Translations under genes and position numbers: made by a program
Notes under the pieces: model-generated
What the model was told of the DNA's origin: nothing
What the model saw: only the letters and a program-made list of their open reading frames with translations
Databases searched by the model: none
Part shown: one piece after another, positions 9,116 through 16,952 of the stretch
Position numbering within the stretch: position 1 is the stretch's first letter
Layout of the letters: each line of letters starts with the position of its first letter
Assembly (NCBI RefSeq): GCF_000023205.1
Contig: NC_012803.1
Coordinates: 330,001 to 362,000, forward strand
DNA length: 32,000 nt
Reading direction: 5' to 3'
Source of the DNA: Micrococcus luteus NCTC 2665
GTDB taxonomy: Bacteria > Actinomycetota > Actinomycetes > Actinomycetales > Micrococcaceae

Positions 9116-10512
9116 GGCTCTCCTGACGCTTCCGTGGGTGTTCTGGCGAGCCGTTGACGAGGGCACGCCGCTCTCTGCCTAGGTTTCTGGCTGTTGAGGT
9201 CAGTTACCTGAAGGGCGGAGAACGGCGTGCGGAACGCAAGCCTATGGCGGTCCTTGCTGGGCGTCGAGAAGACGGTCGTGGAGGGCATCGAGTTCGATGA
9301 GGACGACCAGCTCCTGGTGGCTCATGTCCGTCCCCGGGCTCGAGTGCGTGGCCGGTGCGGGCGGTGCGGGCGCAGGTCGCCCGGGTACGACCGTGGCGAG
9401 GGTCGGCGGCGGTGGCGGGCGCTGGATCTGGGCACGGTGCAGGTCTACCTCGAGGCCGACGCCCCGCGGGTGGCCTGCCGCGAGCACGGTCCCACGGTGG
9501 CCGCCGTCCCGTGGGCCAGGCACGGGGCCGGTCACACCGTGGTGTTCGACGAGCAGGTGGCCTGGCTGGCCACGCAGTGCTCCAAGTCCGCGGTCACCGA
9601 GCTGATGCGCATCGCCTGGCGCACCGTCGGGGCGATCATCACCCGGGTCTGGGCCGACGTGGAGGCCCTCGGCGACCGGTTCGCCGGCCTGCGACGGATC
9701 GGCATCGATGAGATCTCCTACAAGAAGGGCCACCGCTACCTCACGATCGTGGTCGACCACGACACCGGCCGGCTCGTCTGGGCCGCCCCGGGCCGGGACA
9801 AGGCGACCCTGGCGGCGTTCTTCGAGGCCCTCGGGCCCGACCGGTGCGCCGAGATCACCCACGTCAGCGCCGACGGGGCGGACTGGATCGCCGCCGTGGT
9901 CGCCGAGCGGTGCCCGAACGCGGTGCGGTGCGCTGATCCGTTCCACATCGTCAAGTGGGCCACCGAGGCCCTGGACGAGGTCCGTCGCCAGGCGTGGAAC
10001 GAGGCCCGTGGCGCGGTCCGGCAGCGCCGGGCCGGGCGGGCCGGCGGGCACGCCAAGGCGCTCAAGCACGCCCGGTACGCGCTGTGGAAGAACCCCGAGA
10101 ACCTCACCACCCGGCAGCAGGCCAAGCTCGCCTGGGTCGCCAAGACCGACCCGCGCCTGCACCGGGCCTACCTGCTCAAGGAAGGACTGCGCCTGGTCTT
10201 CCAGCTACCCGCCGACGAGGCCGAGACGGCCCTGGAACGCTGGATCGGCTGGGCCCGACGTTGCCGCATCCCCGCCTTCGTCGAGCTCCAACGCCGCATC
10301 GTCAAGCACAAGGCCTCGATCCTCGCCGCGATCGAGCACGGCCTGTCCAACGGACGTATCGAGTCCGTGAACACGAAGATTCGGCTCATCACCCGCGTCG
10401 CCTTCGGCTTCAAGTCCCCCGAAGCCCTCATCGCCCTGGCCATGCTCAACCTCGGCGGCCACCGACCCGTCCTACCGGGCCGGAAATGACCCACGGATCA
10501 GTCAGGAGAGCC
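9116..10512 (+). mobile_element. ISL3-family insertion sequence (1397 bp)
   Basis: 24-bp terminal inverted repeats: GGCTCTCCTGACGCTTCCGTGGGT (9116-9139) versus the reverse complement of 10489-10512 (21/24). Perfect 8-bp target-site duplication AGAAATAC at 9108-9115 and 10513-10520. Confidence 0.9.
9227..10489 (+). CDS. ISL3-family transposase (420 aa, GTG start)
   Basis: N-terminal zinc-finger-like 'GRCGRCGRRSPGYD' and DDE region 'IGIDEISYKKGHRYLTIVVDHDTGRLVW ... HVSADGADWI ... SNGRIESVNTKIRLITRVAFGF' are typical of ISL3 transposases. Confidence 0.9.
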   Translation: MRNASLWRSLLGVEKTVVEGIEFDEDDQLLVAHVRPRARVRGRCGRCGRRSPGYDRGEGRRRWRALDLGTVQVYLEADAPRVACREHGPTVAAVPWARHGAGHTVVFDEQVAWLATQCSKSAVTELMRIAWRTVGAIITRVWADVEALGDRFAGLRRIGIDEISYKKGHRYLTIVVDHDTGRLVWAAPGRDKATLAAFFEALGPDRCAEITHVSADGADWIAAVVAERCPNAVRCADPFHIVKWATEALDEVRRQAWNEARGAVRQRRAGRAGGHAKALKHARYALWKNPENLTTRQQAKLAWVAKTDPRLHRAYLLKEGLRLVFQLPADEAETALERWIGWARRCRIPAFVELQRRIVKHKASILAAIEHGLSNGRIESVNTKIRLITRVAFGFKSPEALIALAMLNLGGHRPVLPGRK

Positions 10513-12127
10513 AGAAATACACGTACAGGTTGTACAGCGAGGCCTGGGCGGAGAAGATCACCCCCTGCTCCTGGGCGGGGCCGATCACGTCGTCGAACAG
10601 CGCGTCCTCGCCGTCCCCGTGCTCCACCCAGCCGCCGGTGCCGGAGGTCACCCGGTCATAGGGCGGGTTGCCGATGGCCACGGTGATGCGCCGGTCCCGC
10701 TTGATCCGGCGGGCCGCCTCGGCGGCCTCGGCGAGGACCCGCGCGTCGCCGAACAACCCCTCCGCCATGCCCGCCGACGGGTCCTCCAGGGTGTCCGTCA
10801 GGTACACGCCGATCTCCTCCGCCTGGAAGGCGTGACCCTGCGCCTCAGCGAGCCGCTGACCGATGCGCAGGTGCGCCACCGAGTATGGGCCGGGCAGCAG
10901 CTCGAAGGCCAGCAGGTTCTTCGTGAGGTTCTTGGCCACCTGGGCCACCCCCGCCGGGCCGCGTTCCTCCCGGGCCGCTGCCTCCGCGCGGTCGATGACC
11001 GCCAGCGGGTAGGTGCCGGAGCCCGTCGCGGGGTCCAGCGTCACCACCGAGGGGGCGCCGAAGCCCAGGGTCTGACCGAAACGTTCCCGCAGCAGCGCGT
11101 CCACCACGCGCACCTGGCACTGCACCACACTGATCGGCGTGTAGTAGACACCCGCGCGGTTACGGGCGGCCGGGTCGTAGCGCTGGAGGAAGTCCTCGTA
11201 GAACCACAGCCACGGCTCACCACGGGAGTCCGTGGAGCGCTCGATGGCGGCCACGTCCATGCTGGACACCAGCCGCATGATGGCCCCGACCTCCGGGGCG
11301 ATGTACTCCATGAGCGCCGGGATGCCGATGATCGGTCCGAGGGACGCCGCCAGAACATTGCGGTGGGCCGTCTCCAGGGCGTGCTTGGCCTCCTCGAGCG
11401 TCACCACGCCGTCGGCGTTCCGGTCCGCTTGGCCGGAGAGACCGGCGATGGCCATGGAGTAGGCCACCACCTGGGCGACGTCGCCCGCGAACTGGGCGTC
11501 CGTGGTCGTGTGGTGCACCGTGTGGTCCCAGGCCGCCTTCGCCTCCCGCACCGAGCGGTAGTTGTTGGACAGGCCTTCCTGGAGGCGCTCTCGAAGGAAG
11601 CGGGCCAGCGGGGCCAGGCGGTCCGCGAGCTGGCCCACTCGGGTGATCGGCCGGGGCTGGGCCAGGGTGAACTGTTCCAGGACGGTGCGCAGGCGGTCCG
11701 CGTCCCAGCCTGCGACGCCGTCGACGGGCAGGAACGCGGTGTCCACAAGGGAGCCGGAGACATAGAGGGCGATCTCGTCTCCGTTCGAGACGAGCAGCGC
11801 GTCCAGCTGGGAGAGCAGGTCCCACTGGCCCTTCTCCCGGCCGCGCCACTTCTCTCCGATGACCGTGTGGCCGGGTGCCTTGAGTTCCACCCATCCGCAG
11901 GGGCGACCGTCGATCAGGGCGGCGAAGTCCGGGCGCACGCCGTCGAGCTGGGCCTCTCGCAGCAGGCTGAGGTCCCCAAGCCCGGTGACGAAGGAGAACG
12001 CGCGCAGGAACTCGGAGACCGGGACCGTCAGCTGCGCCTCCGGCTCGGCGGAGACCCCGCTCGTGGAGGCGAGCCGCACGTCACGGGCGTACGTCTCAGC
12101 GAGCTGGGCGAGGGGTGCGTCGATCAT
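10502..12127 (-). pseudogene. N-terminal fragment (539 native codons plus 2 IS-derived codons) of the same RM enzyme: PD-(D/E)xK-like motif plus gamma-class N6-adenine DNA methyltransferase
   Basis: ATG at 12127. 'RPDFAALIDGRPCGWVELK' is a D...ExK motif. 'GVYYTPISVV' and the AdoMet motif 'LDPATGSGTY' are present. Catalytic 'NPPY' is at 10658-10669. The frame ends 'YVYFW-LS*' inside the ISL3 inverted repeat. Confidence 0.85.
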
Positions 12128-12327
12128 GTGTCCTGCCTTGCAGTGAAGAGGGTGGCGCGAGTCACTCTATCCAGACGGGGCGTGCTCGACTGGGCTGACA
12201 CCGCGGAGGCCGGCCTCGCCCCGCTCGTGGCGAGAAATCTGGTCGGGCTCGCCGGCGCCCTCGTCCTCCTCGCCGTCAGCCGCCGGGACACGCCCTCGGT
12301 CCGCCAGCTGGACCCGGCCGCCCCGGC

Positions 12328-13290
12328 TCAGCCCAGCACCTCCCGCGCCACCGCGCTCGCCACCACCAGGTCCTGCCAGGGCATGCCCGTGGTGACGAAC
12401 AGGGCGGGCGCGCCCTCCCGACGACGCGCGGTCCCGGCCACGAGCTCGGCCAGCGTCACCGTGTCCTCGATCCCGGCGAGGGCGCCGGAGGCCACCGCGA
12501 GGGTCACGTCCCCGGCCTCGCGGGCGGCCGAGTCCCGCGACTCCACCGCCACGGTCGCGCGGCGGGCCAGGGCGTCGTCGGTCTCGCGGGCGTCCGTGGT
12601 GTGCGAGCCCATCGCCACGACCGTCGCGTGCTCCGGCACGAGCGTCCCGTCGAACAGCGGGGCCGTCGCGGCCGTGCACGTCACCACGACGTCCGCCTCC
12701 GCCACGGCCTCCGGGCCCGCGGCGCTCGCGGTCACGCCCAGCTCCGCTTCGCTGCGCGCGGCCAGGGCGGCGGCCCGGCCGGCGTCGCGGCCCACCACGG
12801 ACACCCGTTCCAGCCCGAACACGTCCTGGAACGTGAGCGCGTGCTCCCACGCCTGCACGCCCGTGCCGAACACGACCAGGTGCCGGGGCGAGGCGTCCGC
12901 GAGCAGCCGCACCCCGAGCGCGGACACCGCGGAGGTGCGCAGACCCGTGAGCTCGACGCCGTCCAGCACGGCCCGCGGCGCCTGGCCGGGGCTGCCCGGG
13001 GCGCCGAACAGCACGTAGACGCCCTGGATGACGGGCAGTCCGCGCTCCGGGTTGTCCGGCGTGAGGGTGAGCAGCTTGGTGCCGACCTCGGTCCCGCGCG
13101 TCGAAGGCATCTGCAACAGCTGCCCGGCGGCGGTGGCCACGCGGGTGCGGGGGGCGTCGGCCTCCGGGTCCAGGCCGGCGGCGAGGGCCGCCTCCAGTGC
13201 GTCCACGGCGGCACACGGGCTCAGGGCGGAGCGCACGGCGGGGCCGTCGATCCAGGGCAGACCGGGGGCGGTCGAGATCGGGGTGCTCAT
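12328..13290 (-). CDS. ornithine cyclodeaminase / mu-crystallin family protein (320 aa)
   Basis: Family-typical 'GLRTSAVSALGVRLLA' and Rossmann motif 'LVVFGTGVQAWEH'. High GC3. Confidence 0.8.
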   Translation of the reverse strand: MSTPISTAPGLPWIDGPAVRSALSPCAAVDALEAALAAGLDPEADAPRTRVATAAGQLLQMPSTRGTEVGTKLLTLTPDNPERGLPVIQGVYVLFGAPGSPGQAPRAVLDGVELTGLRTSAVSALGVRLLADASPRHLVVFGTGVQAWEHALTFQDVFGLERVSVVGRDAGRAAALAARSEAELGVTASAAGPEAVAEADVVVTCTAATAPLFDGTLVPEHATVVAMGSHTTDARETDDALARRATVAVESRDSAAREAGDVTLAVASGALAGIEDTVTLAELVAGTARRREGAPALFVTTGMPWQDLVVASAVAREVLG

Positions 13291-13370
13291 GGCCCCACCC
13301 TACGGAGGGGCAGGACGGGGCAGGGCGTGCGAGACGCCCGGCCCGACCTGGCCCCGGCGCGAGGTGCGGC

Positions 13371-14165
13371 TCAGCCGAACAGCGTGCGGAAGTTCGCCAG
13401 GATCCGGCGCGGGTGCTCGGGGTCGACGGCGGCTAGCCCCGCCACCGTGGGCTCGTACTCGCCCGGCGCGAAGTACCCGTGGTCGCGGTAGATCTCGAGG
13501 CGCTCGAGGATCCCGGCTTGGTCCAGCTCCGGGTGGAACTGGGTGGCGTACTGGCGGGTGCCGAGCCGGAACATCTGCACGGGGCAGTCGGCGCCCGCGG
13601 CGAGCAGCACCGCGCCGGGCGGCAGCGCGCTCATCGCCTCCTTGTGGCCGAGGTACGCCGCGAACGTGCGCGGGACCCCGGCCAGCAGCGGATCTGCGGC
13701 ACCCTCGTCGGTGAGCGTGACCTCGACGGGCGCGGCCGATTCGCCGTACGCGTTGTCCACGACGCCGCCGGCGTGCCGGCCCAGCGTGCCGACGCCGTAG
13801 CAGCAGCCGAGGAACGGCAGGTCGCGGCGCCGGACGACGTCGAGCATCCGGCCCAGCTCCGCCTCCACGGCGCGCTGCACGGGGGACTTGGTCTCCTCGG
13901 GATCGGAGCCCGTGAACGGGCTGCCGGGCAGGATCACGGCGGCGACGTCCGCGAGCTCCGCCTCCCAGTCCAGGCCGTGCGTGGCCACGTCCGGGCGCTG
14001 CACGACGCGGTCCAGGCGCAGCACCCGCAGCCGGCCCTCCGGATAGCCGCCCAGTCGCTGGACGGCCTCGACCTCGGCGGCCGCGGCGTCGTCTTCGGGG
14101 CGCGTCTGGACGAGGAGGAACGGCCGCGGATGCGGGCTCGGGACGGCGCCGGTCGGGGTGGTCAT
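13371..14165 (-). CDS. type 1 (class I) glutamine amidotransferase-like protein (264 aa)
   Basis: Nucleophile elbow 'FLGCCYGVG' and 'QFHPE' His/Glu motif. Confidence 0.8.
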   Translation of the reverse strand: MTTPTGAVPSPHPRPFLLVQTRPEDDAAAAEVEAVQRLGGYPEGRLRVLRLDRVVQRPDVATHGLDWEAELADVAAVILPGSPFTGSDPEETKSPVQRAVEAELGRMLDVVRRRDLPFLGCCYGVGTLGRHAGGVVDNAYGESAAPVEVTLTDEGAADPLLAGVPRTFAAYLGHKEAMSALPPGAVLLAAGADCPVQMFRLGTRQYATQFHPELDQAGILERLEIYRDHGYFAPGEYEPTVAGLAAVDPEHPRRILANFRTLFG

Positions 14166-14179
14166 CTCGGCAGACTAGC

Positions 14180-15294
14180 TGTTGTGGGTCATGAGGTTCT
14201 TGCCACGGGGTACGGGCTGAGATGAGACGAGCGGGCCTCTCCCGCAGGATGGAAGTTCCTCAACAACCCACCTGCCAGAAGAGACCCGCTCATGACTCAC
14301 GCTAACGCACCCCTGACCCCGACCGGCCGTCTCAGGATGGTCCACCGCCACCTGCACGACGGCATCCCGCAAGCGCACGTGGCCGCCGAGTTCCGCGTCA
14401 GCCGCCCCACGGTGGCCACCTGGGTGGCCCGCTACCGCGCCGAGGGCGAGGCCGGGCTGCTCGACCGGCCCAGCCGGCCGCACCGTTCACCTGCCCAGCT
14501 CGATCCGGTCCTGGTCGCCCAGATCCACGCCCTGCGGCGGGAGCGCAAGTGGTCCGCACGGCGCATCCATCACCACCTCGTCTCCGAGGGCCACCGGGTG
14601 TGTCTTCGTACCGTGGGGAGGTGGCTGCACCGGCTGGGCATCTCCCGGTTGCCAGACCTCGCGCCCACGGGTGAGGACCTGCGCCAACGACCGCAGAAGA
14701 TCACCGCCCGCGGCCCGGGGCACATGGTGCACCTGGACGTGAAGAAGATCGGGCGCATCCCCGAGGGGGGCGGCTGGCGTGCGCACGGACGGGACTCCGA
14801 GAACGCGCGAGCGGCCAAGCGCGGGCCTGGCCGGCGGGTCGGGTACACCTACCTGCATTCGGCGATCGACGGGTTCACCCGCCTGGCCTACACCGAGGCG
14901 TTGGAGGACGAGAAGGCGGTGACCACGATCGGGTTCTTCTGCCGGGCGAGGGCGTTCTTCGCCGCCCACGGCATCACCGTGGACCGGGTGGTCACGGACA
15001 ACGGGAACAACTACCGGGCCGTGGACTTCACCGCCAAGGTGGTCTCGCTCGGGGGCCGGCACCACCGGATCCGCCCCTACACCCCGCGTCACAACGGGAA
15101 GGTCGAACGCTACAACCGGCTGATGGTCGATGAGGTCCTCTACGCCCGCCCGTATACCTCAGAGACGGCTCGGCGTGAGGCCCTGCAGGTGTGGGTGAAC
15201 CACTACAACTATCATCGGCCTCATACCTCCTGCGGGGACGCCCCGCCGGCCTCGTTGGCCCCGGCCCGAGTCAACAACGTCATGACCTCTTACA
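14180..15294 (+). mobile_element. IS481-family insertion sequence (about 1115 bp, TGT...ACA termini)
   Basis: Terminal inverted repeats: TGTTGTGGGTCATGAGGTTCTTGCC versus the reverse complement of the right end, TGTAAGAGGTCATGACGTTGTTGAC (18/25). 6-bp direct repeat ACTAGC at 14174-14179 and 15295-15300, matching the NCTAGN target known for IS481. Confidence 0.8.
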
Positions 15295-15299
15295 ACTAG
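14292..15299 (+). CDS. IS481-family transposase (integrase-core DDE), 335 aa
   Basis: N-terminal HTH 'IPQAHVAAEFRVSRPTVATWVARYRAEGEAGLLDRPSRP'. DDE core 'VHLDVKKIG ... VVTDNGNNY ... PYTPRHNGKVERYNR'. The stop TAG (15297-15299) lies in the duplicated CTAG of the target. Confidence 0.9.
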   Translation: MTHANAPLTPTGRLRMVHRHLHDGIPQAHVAAEFRVSRPTVATWVARYRAEGEAGLLDRPSRPHRSPAQLDPVLVAQIHALRRERKWSARRIHHHLVSEGHRVCLRTVGRWLHRLGISRLPDLAPTGEDLRQRPQKITARGPGHMVHLDVKKIGRIPEGGGWRAHGRDSENARAAKRGPGRRVGYTYLHSAIDGFTRLAYTEALEDEKAVTTIGFFCRARAFFAAHGITVDRVVTDNGNNYRAVDFTAKVVSLGGRHHRIRPYTPRHNGKVERYNRLMVDEVLYARPYTSETARREALQVWVNHYNYHRPHTSCGDAPPASLAPARVNNVMTSYN

Positions 15300-15360
15300 C
15301 GGGGCATCGGGCCGGGAGGGCGCGGCGGCGTCGTGGGGCGTCGTCGGGGGCGGGCCGCGG

Positions 15361-15933
15361 TCAGCGGTCGGCCCAGGGGCGGGCGTCGGAGGCCCACGGC
15401 AGGGGACGGACGCGCTCCTCGGGCAGCGGGTCCGTGGCCAGCCGGCCGTAGCGGTGCACGTCGAGCCGCCGCCCGCCCGCGCGGAGGCGGCCGCGCTGCG
15501 TGCCTTCGTGTCGGAGCCCGGCGGCCCGGGCGACGGCCCCCGCCGTCGGGATGTCCGCCCGGTGGGCCAGTTCGATCCGCTCGAGGCCGCCCTCGGCCAG
15601 TTCGGCGCCCGCCACGGTGGTCGCCGCACGCGACATGATCGCGTCCCCGCGCCAGCCCTGATGCAGCCAGGCGGTGAGCGCGCCGGTGCCGTGCGCCTCG
15701 TCGCGCACGACGGCGACCAGGCCGATCAGCGTGTCCGTCCCGCGCTCCACCACGGCGACGGCGTCCGTCCCCTCCGCCTGGACCAGTCCGTCGACGTAGG
15801 CGCGGGCGGAGGCCTCGTCGGTGACCTCCCCGGGGTCGGCCATGCCGACGGTGCCCGCGTGGAAGGCCGCCAGGACGGCGGGCGCGTCCGTGGAGCGGAG
15901 GGGGCGGAGCTGAGCGGGTGCGGAGCCGGTCAT
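15361..15933 (-). CDS. GNAT-family N-acetyltransferase (190 aa from ATG 15933)
   Basis: RimJ/RimL-like layout: 'LRPLRSTDAPAVLAAF', 'IGLVAVV', 'RGDAIMSRAATTVAGAELAEGGLERIELAHRADIPTAGAVARAAGLRHEG'. The start is less certain. Confidence 0.7.
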   Translation of the reverse strand: MTGSAPAQLRPLRSTDAPAVLAAFHAGTVGMADPGEVTDEASARAYVDGLVQAEGTDAVAVVERGTDTLIGLVAVVRDEAHGTGALTAWLHQGWRGDAIMSRAATTVAGAELAEGGLERIELAHRADIPTAGAVARAAGLRHEGTQRGRLRAGGRRLDVHRYGRLATDPLPEERVRPLPWASDARPWADR

Positions 15934-16050
15934 GTCGGGAGCATGGCCCCGACAGGGGCTGGAAAGTGAGGTGCACCACACGAACCGGACCCCGGAGGGC
16001 GGGTCACCGGGGACGGGGCCGGCTCTCGACGCCCGTCCCGCGGCCGGGCC

Positions 16051-16950
16051 TCACCGGCGCGTGGCGGCCTTCGCCTCGAGCTCGTCGGCGAGGGTGCGCA
16101 GCGTGCCGAGCTCACGGGCGATCCGGGAATCCAGGTCGGCGTCCGTGAGCGTCTCCGAGCCGCCGCGGGCACGCAGGTAGAGCAGCTGGTCGAACCGGGC
16201 GCGGCGCCACTGGTACTCGGCCTCGGCGTCGCGGGCCTGCAGGGCGCGGGAGATCTCCCGGTCGTAGAGCGGCGGCTCGTTGAGCTGACGCTGGCGCACT
16301 TCGAGCACGCGGGACGCCCGGCCCGGCTCGGAGGGGACCTCGTCCGCCTCGAGCAGGCGCCGACCGAGGTTGGCGGCGGCGATGTGCTCGCCCTCCTCGC
16401 GCAGGATCATCGACGCCAGGGACAGCGCGGCCTGGATGGACTTCCACCGCCCTACAGCCCCGTCCCACGGCAGGTTCGTCAGCAGGCCCAGGGTGGCGAG
16501 CGTGCCCTCGGTGTCCTCGTGCAGCAGGTAGAGCCGCTCGGCCATGCCGAACACGTCCTCCAGCTGGGAGCCGGAGCGCAGGTTCAACCCGTGCGAGAGC
16601 CGGGCCGCGGTGGCGGTCAGCTCGGTGTCCTCGAGGTGGCGCTTGCCGACGGCGACGATCCGCTCCTCGGGGGAGCCTGCGTCCACGGGGGAGAAGGTGG
16701 TGTCCGGGACGGCCCTGCGCTCCTCCGGACGGTCCGTGCGGACCCGGATCACGGAGCCGTGCGCGATCCTGACCTCGCGGCCGCCCTCGAGGGTGGCGAT
16801 CACGAGCGCGGGGGTGCCGAAGTCGTCCCGCATCACCCGGGTCGAGGCCACGGGCGGGGCGGGCTCGCCGCGGCGGGTCAGGAAGCTGTCCCCGGGCTGC
16901 ACGTCCTGGGACTTCAGATGGCGGAGATAGCCGCCGACGACCGGTGCCAT
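16051..16950 (-). CDS. Hypothetical protein (299 aa): small N-terminal beta-rich domain plus an all-helical C-terminal domain
   Basis: ATG at 16950 lies 2 nt after the NUDIX stop (TGAGCATG). High GC3. I recognise no family. Confidence 0.6.
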   Translation of the reverse strand: MAPVVGGYLRHLKSQDVQPGDSFLTRRGEPAPPVASTRVMRDDFGTPALVIATLEGGREVRIAHGSVIRVRTDRPEERRAVPDTTFSPVDAGSPEERIVAVGKRHLEDTELTATAARLSHGLNLRSGSQLEDVFGMAERLYLLHEDTEGTLATLGLLTNLPWDGAVGRWKSIQAALSLASMILREEGEHIAAANLGRRLLEADEVPSEPGRASRVLEVRQRQLNEPPLYDREISRALQARDAEAEYQWRRARFDQLLYLRARGGSETLTDADLDSRIARELGTLRTLADELEAKAATRR

Positions 16951-16952
16951 GC

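Noticed and set aside
9116-9288. First 57 codons of ORF 7450..9288 (MPSTTVFSTPSKDRH...)
   Set aside because: They are encoded by IS DNA antisense to the transposase 5' region. This is a chimeric read-through, not part of the native RM enzyme.
4861-12180. Shared TCCAGACG at both island edges (4864-4871 and 12170-12177) as possible att direct repeats, and its CCAGACG similarity to the DUF559-associated 10-mer
   Set aside because: An 8-mer match between two windows of about 100 bp is expected fairly often by chance (roughly 0.15). The positions are not at clean composition boundaries. A 7-mer overlap with the other repeat is not significant in 64 kb of GC-rich sequence.
12128-12327. Promoter for the RM-linked operon (TAGAGT-like -10 at 12164-12169 on the minus strand) or a small controller gene
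   Set aside because: There is no convincing -35 at proper spacing. No separate small ORF with a stop fits in the spacer. It is too weak to report as a feature.
10619-13018. 799-aa plus-strand ORF across the MTase N-terminal fragment, the intergenic region and the ocd-family gene
   Set aside because: It is antisense shadow of two well-supported minus-strand genes. No domain-like sequence is present.
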